From contig NZ_JAYGGY010000091.1 in the NCBI RefSeq assembly GCF_034931625.1, positions 20,647 through 52,646 on the forward strand: DNA of 32,000 bases, written 5' to 3'. This stretch comes from Anabaena cylindrica UHCC 0172. GTDB lineage: Bacteria > Cyanobacteriota > Cyanobacteriia > Cyanobacteriales > Nostocaceae. The position numbers and the translations under genes are program-made. The notes beneath the pieces are model-generated. The model did no database searches. It was not told the origin of the DNA and saw only the letters and a program-made list of their open reading frames with translations. Position 1 is the stretch's first letter. Every line of letters begins with the position of its first letter. Shown piece by piece: positions 1 to 9,429 of the stretch.

Positions 1-740
1 AGCGCATATTAATTGAACTTTTGCGCCGTAGACGCAGCTTAATTTTTTGGAGTATTTTCCCAATTTCCATCTTAATTCTCAACGGATTTATTTTGGCAGA
101 ACGGGCAAAACTCACAATGGCTGTAGCTTTTGAAAATGCTGCACCTTCAACTTTAGTAGGCGCAGCACTGTTTTTTAGCTGTTTGGGTGGGAGTGTAGCT
201 ACTGTAGTTGCAGAACGAGAACAGCAAACCCTAAAACGCTTGTTTATTTCTCCATTAAGTGGCACATCTTACTTTTTAGGAATTTTTCTTGCTCATAGTT
301 GCATTGGTATCGGACAAACGCTATTAGTTTATACCATAGCCGCTTTTTGGGGTGCGACATTTAAAGGTTCCATTTTATTAGGAATTATCATCATTTTATT
401 AAGTATCATTGCTTATGTTGGCTTAGGGTTTATTTTGGGTACACAATTAGCCCGACGAATTGAAGATGTTAATGCTTTAGTAGCTGCTTTTGGAGTACCT
501 TTATTAATTTTAGGCGGGGCATTTTTACCAACTTCCTTATTTCCCCAAACTCTCTTAAACATTGCCAAATATAATCCAATATATCACATGAATGAAGCTC
601 TATTAGGAGTTTCAGCCAATGGATATAAAATTGGTGATATTACATCACATTTTTGGTTTTTACTTGTGTTTGCAATGATTATGTTAGGTTGTGGATGGTT
701 ATCTTATCGACGGATGTTGATGGTAGAAAGAAGACTTTAA
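1..740 (+). CDS. ABC-2 type transporter permease, 5' end off-window (partial)
   Basis: Frame 3 is open from nt 3 (..RILIELLRRRRSLIFW..), so the TTG at 21 is unlikely to be the true start. Multiple hydrophobic segments and an ABC-2 permease-like pattern (FISPLSG, NPIYHMNEAL). Stop TAA 738-740. Confidence 0.75.
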   Translation, partial: RILIELLRRRRSLIFWSIFPISILILNGFILAERAKLTMAVAFENAAPSTLVGAALFFSCLGGSVATVVAEREQQTLKRLFISPLSGTSYFLGIFLAHSCIGIGQTLLVYTIAAFWGATFKGSILLGIIIILLSIIAYVGLGFILGTQLARRIEDVNALVAAFGVPLLILGGAFLPTSLFPQTLLNIAKYNPIYHMNEALLGVSANGYKIGDITSHFWFLLVFAMIMLGCGWLSYRRMLMVERRL

Positions 741-806
741 ATAAGTTATTAAGCAGTTCCCTGATTTCTTTGAAAAATTGGGATCTATCTGTATTTTTCA
801 GAAAAA

Positions 807-1859
807 CTATAGATTGGGGAAGAGTAATTGGGCGATATATTCTGCATTTCTTTTTTCTCGCCAAATCCAATGATTATCCTGACCTTTTTCTCGAACATGA
901 ATAATTGCCGCCTCAATTACTTGGTCTAAATCATCTAAACTAGAATAGGATGAACCTATAGAAACTGGCCAGGTAATTTGATGCTTTATCACAGGATAAT
1001 TTGGTGCGATAATATAACACCCACAAGATCCTGCGTCACTTATCACCCCACTAGCTCGATAATAATAACGATCTTGATCAAAATCAGTAACTAAAATATC
1101 TAATTGTTGTAATGCTTGCAAATAATCTTGGTCTTTCGTGGTATCAATAAAAGTAATATCTGAGCAATTTTCTAGATATTTAGGTTTTTGATTAATAGGT
1201 GTACCAATAACTAATTCTAGTTGCTGGGAATGTTGCAATACATAATATCTGACTTTTTCCAAAATCTTATTAATAGGCTTATCTTCACGAATAATTCCTA
1301 TAATACCAATTTTAATTTTCTCATCTTGTTTCAATCTTTTTCCTGGTGTTAATTTCGGAGTAGTTTCACTGATTATAGGATGGGGAATAACAATTTTAGA
1401 AGATGCGGTAAATTTAAACTTATCGCTGATATAATCGTCATCTAATTCTAAAAGAACTACTTTGAATTTAGGATTAAATTCTAGAAATTTTTTAAAATAA
1501 ATAAATCCCCAATATTTTATTTTATTTTCTTGAGCAAATAATTGATTACCATGAATACCTAAAAATACTTTTTTTCCTGTTGACACCAACATAGGTAACA
1601 GAGCTAAAAGATGTTGATTATAAATTTCCATTACATAAATACTATCAACATCTTGAAGAGATAAAGCTTGTAATCCCATTGAAAAATGGCGATATTCACG
1701 CCGTAATTGTAATCCCACTGAATAACTAGGAATTGCTTGAGTGAATTTTTTAAACCATTCAGGAATCGGTCTTTCTATGGTAACAAAGCCGATTTTATGA
1801 TTAGATAGGTGGTGATTTATTAGTAAAAGCTCTCTCAGTCCTGGGTGAAATAGTTGCAT
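807..1859 (-). CDS. Hypothetical protein, weakly glycosyltransferase-like (GT-B style two-lobe pattern)
   Basis: 350-aa uninterrupted ORF with ATG start, convergent with the permease. The C-terminal lobe (IGIIGIIRE.., ASGVISDAGSCGCYIIAPNYPV) loosely resembles GT-B nucleotide-sugar binding lobes. No strong named motif. Confidence 0.45.
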   Translation of the reverse strand: MQLFHPGLRELLLINHHLSNHKIGFVTIERPIPEWFKKFTQAIPSYSVGLQLRREYRHFSMGLQALSLQDVDSIYVMEIYNQHLLALLPMLVSTGKKVFLGIHGNQLFAQENKIKYWGFIYFKKFLEFNPKFKVVLLELDDDYISDKFKFTASSKIVIPHPIISETTPKLTPGKRLKQDEKIKIGIIGIIREDKPINKILEKVRYYVLQHSQQLELVIGTPINQKPKYLENCSDITFIDTTKDQDYLQALQQLDILVTDFDQDRYYYRASGVISDAGSCGCYIIAPNYPVIKHQITWPVSIGSSYSSLDDLDQVIEAAIIHVREKGQDNHWIWREKRNAEYIAQLLFPNL

Positions 1860-1897
1860 AGTTGATTAAATGTATATTTAATAATAAGTATATCGGC

Positions 1898-2207
1898 AAA
1901 ATTAATTGGGTGCGGCTCTTTTAGGAAGAAAAGATATTACATTCGTATTACACGGATCTAACCCAACTATCTCTACATTGTTGGTTTCTAACCTAAAAAT
2001 AATAAGGGTGCGATCGCATAAAAATCAAACAAAAAACCTCTTTTCACCGTGTAACACAATACTACAAAAAAGATGTAATCTTGATTTTGAGACCTGAGCG
2101 AACCATTTTTGGAATTCCTAAAACTTAAAATTCCTACCCTGTATAAACTATGGGCTTTATGCCAGGATTAAAGTTGTCTTTTCAAAAGAGCCGCACCCAA
2201 ATTAATT
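1898..2207. repeat. MITE-like element bounded by about 24-bp imperfect inverted repeats
   Basis: aaattaattgggtgcggctctttt (1898-1921) versus aaaagagccgcacccaaattaatt (2184-2207). The 16-nt core is perfectly complementary. The interior has no credible ORF and carries a HIP1 site. Confidence 0.5.
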
Positions 2208-2513
2208 AGAATATTCCGAGTAAAAAAATGCCCAATTGTCATTGCGAATGGGACAAAGCGGAATGAAGCAATCTCTGGTTTTGGAGCATTTATTATTTGG
2301 AACACTCTTAAAGGATGTTTAAAAAGTCTTTGGTGATGTATCAAAAATCGTTTGCGCCCTAAATCCCTCTTAAAAAGAGGGAATACGGGTATCAAATACT
2401 ACATAAGGAAAATTTTTAAACATCCTCTTATACAAGGTTTATTCTTGCCAGATATGAGCTTGGCTCATTTTGATTTACTATATATAAGTAACAATACTAC
2501 CATATATCAGTCA

Positions 2514-3704
2514 ATGATAATATCTCAACCTACAATCACTGAGGAAAATCAGGAAATCTCTGTCTCAGCTAGAGTAGCGTTAGACAATCAAAGAAATCAA
2601 GCTCCCGACACTTTGTGGTTTAAATTTCCTTCGCACTATCGAAATTATGTCACTGATCGTTCTGATGGCTTTATAGTAGGTCTACTGCCTTCAGCTATGG
2701 CATTAGGAGAAAAGGTTATAGTTGAAGGGATAACATCACCCCGTCTTGCCTACGGACTGCGTGAATATCAGCAAATTCTCAATGCTTGGTGGCCTAAAAA
2801 ATTCAAGATTGTAGACATCCAATACGATCGCCTTCAAGAATCAAGTTCATGCGATTCTGAGTATGGGGCAGGATCTGCATTTTCCGGTGGAGTGGATTCC
2901 TTTTATACCTTGTGGAAGCATCTGCCAGATCATGAAGAACTAGAGAAATACAGAATAACCCATTGTTTGATGATTAATGGTTTTGACAAGGATATAGATT
3001 TAGATGATACAGGTGCTTTTCGCCAATTATATGATATTTACGAGCCAATGATGCAGAAGCTAGGAATAACTCTGCTAAGGTCACGCACTAACCTACAGAA
3101 ATTTAGACTAGCGTCCATAAATTCCTCCGATCTTCACCTTACATTTGGTGCGCCAATTACAGCTTCTACCCTGGTGTTGGGCAATTTATTTTCCCGTTTT
3201 TACATACCAGCCTCTCATAGTTATGCCTATGAAACCTTAATTCCTATGGGGGCGCACCCTATTCTAGATCACCTACTAAGCACAGAAACTTTGCAGTTGA
3301 TCCATGATGGAGCAAATGCTTCGCGTACAGAAAAAATAGCCACTATTTCCCAGTGGAATGAAACCTATTCAAGATTGCGTGTCTGTTTGCAGAAGGCTAA
3401 ATATGATGAAAATACAGGGCAGATTGAAAATTGCGGTAATTGTATAAAATGTATTAATACCATGCTTTCTCTAGATATATTGGATGTTCTACCTATGTAT
3501 GCTACATTTCCCCATTCTTTAAAAAGTCAACAGATATGGAAAGCTAGAAATTTGACAAAATTCCGCTATAAGGAACATCTAAGCTTTGCTCATCAACAAA
3601 GTCGAAAAGATCGTATATTTGACTTATACTGTTATTTTTTACAAAACGATGTAATTTATCCTATCTATGCCAAAATTCGTAATTTATTCAGAGTATTTAG
3701 TTAA
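2514..3704 (+). CDS. PP-loop ATP-pyrophosphatase-like protein with C-terminal Cys cluster (paralogue 1), family unassigned
   Basis: FSGGVDS PP-loop motif and a C-terminal LRVC..x..NCGNCIKC cluster. Full-length collinear similarity to 4881-6068. ATG 2514 gives 396 aa, matching the 395-aa paralogue. The TTG 2352 and ATG 2454 extensions run into repeat DNA. Confidence 0.7.
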   Translation: MIISQPTITEENQEISVSARVALDNQRNQAPDTLWFKFPSHYRNYVTDRSDGFIVGLLPSAMALGEKVIVEGITSPRLAYGLREYQQILNAWWPKKFKIVDIQYDRLQESSSCDSEYGAGSAFSGGVDSFYTLWKHLPDHEELEKYRITHCLMINGFDKDIDLDDTGAFRQLYDIYEPMMQKLGITLLRSRTNLQKFRLASINSSDLHLTFGAPITASTLVLGNLFSRFYIPASHSYAYETLIPMGAHPILDHLLSTETLQLIHDGANASRTEKIATISQWNETYSRLRVCLQKAKYDENTGQIENCGNCIKCINTMLSLDILDVLPMYATFPHSLKSQQIWKARNLTKFRYKEHLSFAHQQSRKDRIFDLYCYFLQNDVIYPIYAKIRNLFRVFS

Positions 3705-3784
3705 TTACATATATAAGGAAAGTTGATAGATATTTGAATTCTTTTTTTAATCTATTTAGTTGACTAAAAACACCTGTTTAAGCT

Positions 3785-4888
3785 ATGAAAAATACCACAC
3801 CACAGTTAATTAAAGAAGAACTACACAAAGCTTTGGGGCAATTGGATAGTTTTGAATCATGTGCATTACTGAACTATCCAGATTATCTAAATTTGGGAGA
3901 TCATTTGATCTGGTTAGGGACTGTAATGTACCTGACTGATGTACTAAAAACAAAAATTAAATACGCCTCCAGCATTGCAGATTTTTCTCCGACAGTAATG
4001 GAAGAAAAAATTGGTAAAGCTCCCATATTCCTTCAAGGAGGAGGCAATTTAGGAGATATTTGGCGTGTTGATCAGCAGTTTCGAGAGCAGATTATTGCTA
4101 AGTATCAAGATCGCCCAGTTATTATTCTTCCACAAAGTGTTTTCTTTTCCAAGCCAAATAATCTCCAAAAAACAGCAAATATCTTTAATTCTCATCCTAA
4201 TTTAACTATATTTGTCCGTGATGATCGTAGCTATCAAATTGCACAAGAATCTTTTCATAAATGCCGAGTAATTAAATCCCCGGATATGGCTTTTCAATTA
4301 CTGAATTTACCAGGTGTATCTACCAATTGCAAATCAAAATCATCAATTCTCTTTCTTTGTAGAAAAGACAAAGAATTAAATCAGGAATTTTCGGTAAATA
4401 ATGTTAAAATTCCTAATTTAGTGGTTGAAGATTGGGTTTCCTTTCCATGGGTATTAGGACTTCGTTCTCAAATGGTAAAACGTTTTGCAACACAAATGTT
4501 TAGGGAAGTTTGGCAAAGGGGTTTAATGACTCCATTGGAGTGGATATATCGACAAAAATGGCAATCTTCTTACTCTAATGCTGATAAATTCAACCAGATG
4601 TATAACCCTTTTATACATAAGCTGTTATGGAATTTTATGTCTAGTGGAATTTATCAATTTCAGCAACATCAACTAGTGATTACAAATCGGTTGCATGGAC
4701 ATATTCTTTGTATCCTTTTAGGCATTCCTCATGTTTTTTTACCTAATGCTTATTACAAGAATGAATCTTTCTATGAAGCATGGACAAAAGATATTCCATT
4801 TTGTAGATTTGTTAAAAACACTACCCAAATTGAATCGGCGGTACAAGAACTATTAGAGATAAGTAAATCAGGTAAGTTAAATGTCTAA
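3785..4888 (+). CDS. Polysaccharide pyruvyl transferase family protein (PF04230-like; WcaK/CsaB type)
   Basis: NLGDHLIW and GGGNLGD glycine/aspartate motifs, and C-terminal ITNRLHGHILCILLGIPHVFL (the R-x-H motif typical of the family). 367 aa. Confidence 0.75.
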   Translation: MKNTTPQLIKEELHKALGQLDSFESCALLNYPDYLNLGDHLIWLGTVMYLTDVLKTKIKYASSIADFSPTVMEEKIGKAPIFLQGGGNLGDIWRVDQQFREQIIAKYQDRPVIILPQSVFFSKPNNLQKTANIFNSHPNLTIFVRDDRSYQIAQESFHKCRVIKSPDMAFQLLNLPGVSTNCKSKSSILFLCRKDKELNQEFSVNNVKIPNLVVEDWVSFPWVLGLRSQMVKRFATQMFREVWQRGLMTPLEWIYRQKWQSSYSNADKFNQMYNPFIHKLLWNFMSSGIYQFQQHQLVITNRLHGHILCILLGIPHVFLPNAYYKNESFYEAWTKDIPFCRFVKNTTQIESAVQELLEISKSGKLNV

Positions 4889-6068
4889 AACCCATCTGTG
4901 GCAGGAAGAAATTACAGAATCTGAAGGCTCAATTACTATCAGCATTACTATTGAAGATCATCAACAAACTCGCACTCGTCTTTGGTATAGTCTTCCTTCT
5001 GAATATAGAGAATTAGTTACCAATAGTTGTGATCCTTTCGTTTTAGCAACTGTTTTAATGGCAATGAACCAGTCAACTAATTTAATTGTACATGGGGAAG
5101 TTTCTCCATCTTTGCTGCAAAATTTGACAGAATTTCAAGCAGCTTGGAATTCTTGGCTGCCCAATAATTACAGCTTAATTAACATTATTGCAGACGTTGA
5201 AAAAGAACAAATTAATAATCAATCGTCAGACAAAGTAATTGCGGCATTTTCTGGTGGAGTTGACAGTTGTTTTACAATGTTCCGTCATCGTACAGGCAGT
5301 TGTGGAAGATGGCAACGTAATTTAACAGCAGGTTTAATGGTGCATGGTTTTGATATTCCCTTAAACCAGAAAGAAATATTTGACAGTGCTGCCCAAAGAT
5401 CCAAGATTATGCTATCCAGTCTAGGTGTAGAATTGATTCCCTTAGCTACTAATTTCCGCCAAGTTATCAAAGTTAATTGGGAAGAAACATACGCGACCGC
5501 AGTTGCCTCTTGTCTGTTATTATTACAGCGTGGCTTTCAAGCAGGTTTAATTCCCAGTGCATATCCTTATAACGAACTTCATTTTCCCTGTGGTTCTAAT
5601 CCAATAACAGATAATTTACTATCAAGTTATACGTTTCAATCTATTCATGATGGTGCAGCTTTTGGTCGGTTTGCAAAAATCAGAGAAATTTCTAATTGGC
5701 CAGAAGCTTTACAAAATTTGAGAGTTTGTTGGCAAGGTTCTCAAAAAGATCGTAACTGTTGTCGTTGTGAAAAGTGTATTCGGACTATTCTTAATTTTCG
5801 GATTTTAGGGATAGATTTACCATCTTGTTTTGAACAAGATGTTACAGATAATCAGATATTAAACCTGAAGTTACCGTCAGGGGGACCACTTAATTCGCTA
5901 AGAATTACTCTAAAAGCTGCAAAAAAAGCTGGTATTTCTGAATCCTGGGTAAATGCAACAGAAATATGTATCAAGCGTAGTAAAATAGAAAATACATTAA
6001 AAAATAATTTATCTCCTACTATCAAAAAGAGATTAATTCAACTCAGAACACTAATAGCTAAAAAATAA
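4881..6068 (+). CDS. PP-loop ATP-pyrophosphatase-like protein with C-terminal Cys cluster (paralogue 2), family unassigned
   Basis: FSGGVDS motif and LRVC..x..NCCRCEKC cluster. The ATG overlaps the pyruvyl-transferase stop by 8 nt (4881-4888), implying translational coupling. Confidence 0.75.
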   Translation: MSKTHLWQEEITESEGSITISITIEDHQQTRTRLWYSLPSEYRELVTNSCDPFVLATVLMAMNQSTNLIVHGEVSPSLLQNLTEFQAAWNSWLPNNYSLINIIADVEKEQINNQSSDKVIAAFSGGVDSCFTMFRHRTGSCGRWQRNLTAGLMVHGFDIPLNQKEIFDSAAQRSKIMLSSLGVELIPLATNFRQVIKVNWEETYATAVASCLLLLQRGFQAGLIPSAYPYNELHFPCGSNPITDNLLSSYTFQSIHDGAAFGRFAKIREISNWPEALQNLRVCWQGSQKDRNCCRCEKCIRTILNFRILGIDLPSCFEQDVTDNQILNLKLPSGGPLNSLRITLKAAKKAGISESWVNATEICIKRSKIENTLKNNLSPTIKKRLIQLRTLIAKK

Positions 6069-6134
6069 TTTATTCACATAATATAAATTATCTCAAAATT
6101 GTATCAAATTACAAATAACAAAGGCTTTTAAGTA

Positions 6135-6890
6135 ATGTTTGAAGATTACAAAGATATATTTAACCAAAGAGCTATATATTATCATCAAGCGATGGTAGAT
6201 TTTCCATCTGCTAGAGAAGAGGAATTTTATCATGTACTTAACATAGCTGATATCTCCCAGGGAAATATAATTTGCGATATTCCAGCAGGTGGTGGCTATT
6301 TAAATCATTTTGTTCAATATGAAACCAAAATAATTTCTGTAGAAACTTCAACCGAGTTTCTCAGATTTTATGAAGATAAAGGTATTCATGAAACCATTAT
6401 TTGCAATAGTATGAGTGAAATACCTTTAGCATCGACAAGTATTGATAGAGTAATTAGCTTGGCAGCTTTGCACCATGTAAGTAACAAAAAAGCTTTTTAT
6501 CAAGAGTCATTGCGTTTACTCAAATACAAAGGTATACTCTGTATTGCTGATGTTTTTACAGGAACAGGTGTAGCTGATTTTTTAAATATCTTTGTTGACA
6601 AATATAATCCGATGGGACATAAAGGAGATTTTTTAAATAAAACTACTAAAGCTGACTTAGAGTCTCTTAGTTTTCAAGTTTTATCCGCTGCACAGATTGG
6701 GTTTAACTGGAAATTTGATTCTCTAGAAGATATGGTTCGCTTTTGCAAATTATTATTTTATATTAACGATGCTAATGATAGACAAATATTAGCAGGAATA
6801 CAAAAGTATTTAGGTTATAAAGTAGTAGATAATCAATATTGTTTGCCATGGGAATTGTTTTTCTTAAAAGCTAGGAAAATAAGAGGTTAA
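6135..6890 (+). CDS. Class I SAM-dependent methyltransferase
   Basis: Motif I variant ICDIPAGGGYL and a Methyltransf_11-like DRVISLAALHHV. 251 aa, same strand as the preceding three genes. Confidence 0.7.
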   Translation: MFEDYKDIFNQRAIYYHQAMVDFPSAREEEFYHVLNIADISQGNIICDIPAGGGYLNHFVQYETKIISVETSTEFLRFYEDKGIHETIICNSMSEIPLASTSIDRVISLAALHHVSNKKAFYQESLRLLKYKGILCIADVFTGTGVADFLNIFVDKYNPMGHKGDFLNKTTKADLESLSFQVLSAAQIGFNWKFDSLEDMVRFCKLLFYINDANDRQILAGIQKYLGYKVVDNQYCLPWELFFLKARKIRG

Positions 6891-6940
6891 TATAATTTTT
6901 ATTTATACAAAAATGTTCATGTTGATTGCCTATATGTTTT

Positions 6941-7879
6941 TTATTTTTTAGCTAATTGTTGCCAATGATAAAAAGGACTAAGAGCAAGATTTATAAGTAG
7001 TTCCATTTCTCCAATAGCAACAACATCTGTTTTTAAAGTGTTTCTGTTTTTAATATAAAAATAAATGGCTTTTCGGAAATCATTAACCATATATATAAGA
7101 CTAATTATAGGTTGTTGCCAAGGTTGATAATTCAACATTCTATAATAATATCGACATATTCCATTTTGACGAAAAAATCTTCTTAAATATTCCTTCTCAA
7201 ACCTTGATTTAGGAATCAAATGATCTAATTCCATTTCAGCATTAAACCATAGTTGCCACTTTTTTTGCCAAATATAATTTAACATTTCTAAATCTTCATT
7301 TGTTTGTGGCAATAAAGGATGTTCAGGAATACTTTCTAACCAAGCTTGATTACGAATGACTATTCCTGCTCCTGGAGGAAACATTCTTTTTTTAGTTGAC
7401 TGATATTTTTCGTTATAGCAATAAGTTTTTTTGCCTTCTATGATTGCAAAAAAGCGAGCTATTCTTTCAAATCCCGGAGGGGGTTCAACATCAAATTTGC
7501 CATGAATTTGTCCCCCATAAGCACCAGCATTTGCATGAGTTTGACCAAATTTATAGGCCTCTGTTACCCAGTTAGGATAGGGTAAATTATCATCATCCAG
7601 AAATCCGATTAAATCACTTTTCGCTTCTCGGATAGCGCATATGCGAGCAAAAGCAAGTCCTTGTTTAGCTTCAAAGCAATATTTAAGAGGATAAATTTCA
7701 CTCCAATTAGATAGATGCTTTTGTACTACTTTGGCAGTATTATCAGTGCTATTATTGTCAATAATCAGAATTTCCCAGGAAATCTCCTCTGTCCCAACTT
7801 GCGATCGCAATTTCTCTAGAACATCTAATATGCGGTTTTCTCCGTTATAGGTACAGATAGCCACTGTAAAATCAACCAT
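6941..7879 (-). CDS. Family 2 glycosyltransferase
   Basis: N-terminal FTVAICTYNGENRI, IIDNNSTDNT and the FLDDDN (DxD) motif. 312 aa. Confidence 0.85.
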   Translation of the reverse strand: MVDFTVAICTYNGENRILDVLEKLRSQVGTEEISWEILIIDNNSTDNTAKVVQKHLSNWSEIYPLKYCFEAKQGLAFARICAIREAKSDLIGFLDDDNLPYPNWVTEAYKFGQTHANAGAYGGQIHGKFDVEPPPGFERIARFFAIIEGKKTYCYNEKYQSTKKRMFPPGAGIVIRNQAWLESIPEHPLLPQTNEDLEMLNYIWQKKWQLWFNAEMELDHLIPKSRFEKEYLRRFFRQNGICRYYYRMLNYQPWQQPIISLIYMVNDFRKAIYFYIKNRNTLKTDVVAIGEMELLINLALSPFYHWQQLAKK

Positions 7880-7931
7880 AAGCCCTTGGTGGTGTTAATT
7901 TTGTGAATTAATCTGCTCTGAATGCGCTAGT

Positions 7932-8070
7932 GATTAGAAAATTCAGGCTCATACGTAATTATCCTTATTCATATCACACAAAATCCTATTTAGCATAGTA
8001 TCTTGATTAAAAAATTCAGCTTCATACGTAATTATCCTTAGTCATATCGCATAAAATCCTATTTGGCAAT
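7932..8070. repeat. Tandem duplication (period about 73 bp) of an upstream-region motif; third copy at 9712-9777
   Basis: gattagaaaattcaggctcatacgtaattatccttattcatatcacacaaaatcctatttagcat (7932-7997) is repeated at 8005-8070 and again at 9712-9777 with a few substitutions. Confidence 0.8.
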
Positions 8071-8080
8071 CTATATACCT

Positions 8081-8113
8081 AGTCAGGAGAAAGAAGGAGT
8101 CAGGAGTCAGGAG
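8081..8113. repeat. Degenerate STRR heptamer array (caggagt family)
   Basis: agtcaggagaaagaaggagtcaggagtcaggag. The same heptamer occurs at 15660-15694 and 30991-31018. Confidence 0.7.
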
Positions 8114-8244
8114 AAAAAAGGAAGAAGGAAGAATATTTTCTCTTCTGTTGCCTATTCAGCGATGAAAGGGCTAAGATGTACCTCATAAAAGCGGTTTCCG
8201 CTGTATCAAATATTCTGTATCCTGAATCCTCACTGTCATGGTAG

Positions 8245-9195
8245 TTATTTTTGATTAAATTTTTTCAGAAAAATCCAGAAAGATTGAGCTTTTTTTCCAG
8301 GTAAAACAATTCCTAATATACTTTTTATAACTGCAATTAAAGTTATTTTCCTTCTATTCCAAGCGATAGCCGGCTGATATTTAAAAGTTTTTCCCAGTAA
8401 CTTAAGAGCTACTAAGCTTTTTTGCGGTTTTGGATAACCTTCTAGAGATTTTAGAGTCAGAAACATATATAAATTTGCTAAACTCTGGTTTTTTAAAGAC
8501 TGTAAATCTTGAGGTGCTTGACAAAAGGCTTTGTTGATAATTTTTAAGCCTGCTTCCTCCATTTTATTTATATTGGTGGACATTGAGCTATTTGATACTC
8601 TATATAAAATTTGTGGTGTAGGGACACAGACAAAAGGATAATCAGCAGCTAATCGCAGATACATATCCCAATCAGCGGAACGTTCTAAAGATTCATCAAA
8701 GCCTCCTAAATCTCTTAAAGCTTGAGTCAAGAATAAACCATTAGATCCATTTTCTAAAAAATTAGTGAATAATAGCTTTGGTAAAGCATAACCATTAACA
8801 GTAATATATAAACCTGAACGCAAAAATTGACTAGATTCATCAATATAATCAGTCCAACTATAAGCAACAGCAGCCGTAGAATTTTTAATTAAGGCATTTA
8901 ATTGAGCTTCTAGTTTATCAGGAGTCCATATATCATCGGCATCCATAAAAGAAATGTATTTTCTATTAGCAATTTTTAATCCACGATTTCGACTACTTGC
9001 TAGTCCAGCATTGGGATAAGAAAATATTTTTATTCTGATATCTTTGATCTGATCAATTATGTCTAAAGTTGTGTCTTTTGACCCATCATTGATCACAATG
9101 ATTTCAAAATCAGTAAATGTCTGTTTGAGAATAGATTGAATAGTTTCTTGAATTGTTTTTTCGCCATTATAAACTGGGATGACAACAGAAATCAT
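8245..9195 (-). CDS. Family 2 glycosyltransferase
   Basis: MISVVIPVYNGEKTI, VINDGSKDTT and the FMDADD (DxD) motif. ATG 9195 is preferred over the upstream GTG 9207 because GT2 proteins normally begin a few residues before the VVIPxYN strand. Confidence 0.85.
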   Translation of the reverse strand: MISVVIPVYNGEKTIQETIQSILKQTFTDFEIIVINDGSKDTTLDIIDQIKDIRIKIFSYPNAGLASSRNRGLKIANRKYISFMDADDIWTPDKLEAQLNALIKNSTAAVAYSWTDYIDESSQFLRSGLYITVNGYALPKLLFTNFLENGSNGLFLTQALRDLGGFDESLERSADWDMYLRLAADYPFVCVPTPQILYRVSNSSMSTNINKMEEAGLKIINKAFCQAPQDLQSLKNQSLANLYMFLTLKSLEGYPKPQKSLVALKLLGKTFKYQPAIAWNRRKITLIAVIKSILGIVLPGKKAQSFWIFLKKFNQK

Positions 9196-9248
9196 AAATT
9201 TAAGCACTCTTTTCTAAACTAAAGCATCTCTATATTTTTTATAAAACG

Positions 9249-9384
9249 TAAGGTAAGGATTCAGGATAGAGAATACTCTAAGTCAGGAGAATAAAGACTT
9301 TTCGAGTCAAATTTAATGATTTTGCTAAAATCTCGCTTCTCTCTATATCTTCATTTCATAAGCATTCTGAATCCTGAATTCTTA
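9249..9384 (-). repeat. Dispersed element of about 135 nt, same family as 28195-28323
   Basis: The reverse complement of 9249-9384 aligns along its whole length with 28195-28323 (aagaattcagga.tcagaatgctta...aaatcat.aaa.ttgactcgaaaag.ctttatt...gagtattctcta.cctg.at.cttac), roughly 80 percent identical by eye. Confidence 0.7.
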
Positions 9385-9429
9385 CTATAAAACTAAGTTT
9401 TTTAAGCGCAGAGTACAGGTGTAGCCTAC

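Noticed and set aside
653-904. Small ORFs 653-904 (+) and 679-870 (-) in the convergent gap
   Set aside because: They overlap the ends of the permease and of the 807-1859 gene, have no recognisable motifs, and are the expected random ORFs in AT-rich DNA.
1906-2395. ORFs 1906-2097 (+) and 2168-2395 (-)
   Set aside because: Both begin or end inside the arms of the inverted repeat (their GAALL peptides are mirror translations of the same repeat) and run through dispersed repeat DNA. They are most likely non-coding.
2352-2513. Upstream TTG (2352) or ATG (2454) start for the first PP-loop gene
   Set aside because: The extension is translated from repeat/hairpin sequence (ccctcttaaaaagaggg) and has no counterpart in the paralogue. 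ATG 2514 gives a length matching the 395-aa paralogue.
7932-8113. Possible CRISPR array (tandem 73-bp units, heptamer arrays)
   Set aside because: There are only two adjacent units with no unique spacers of regular length. The STRR units are 7 nt and contiguous. No cas genes are in the window.
6941-9195. Naming the GT2 genes as specific hormogonium-polysaccharide (hps) glycosyltransferases
   Set aside because: GT2 motifs alone cannot discriminate these paralogues. No other hps markers (pseudopilins, HpsA-like) are in the window.
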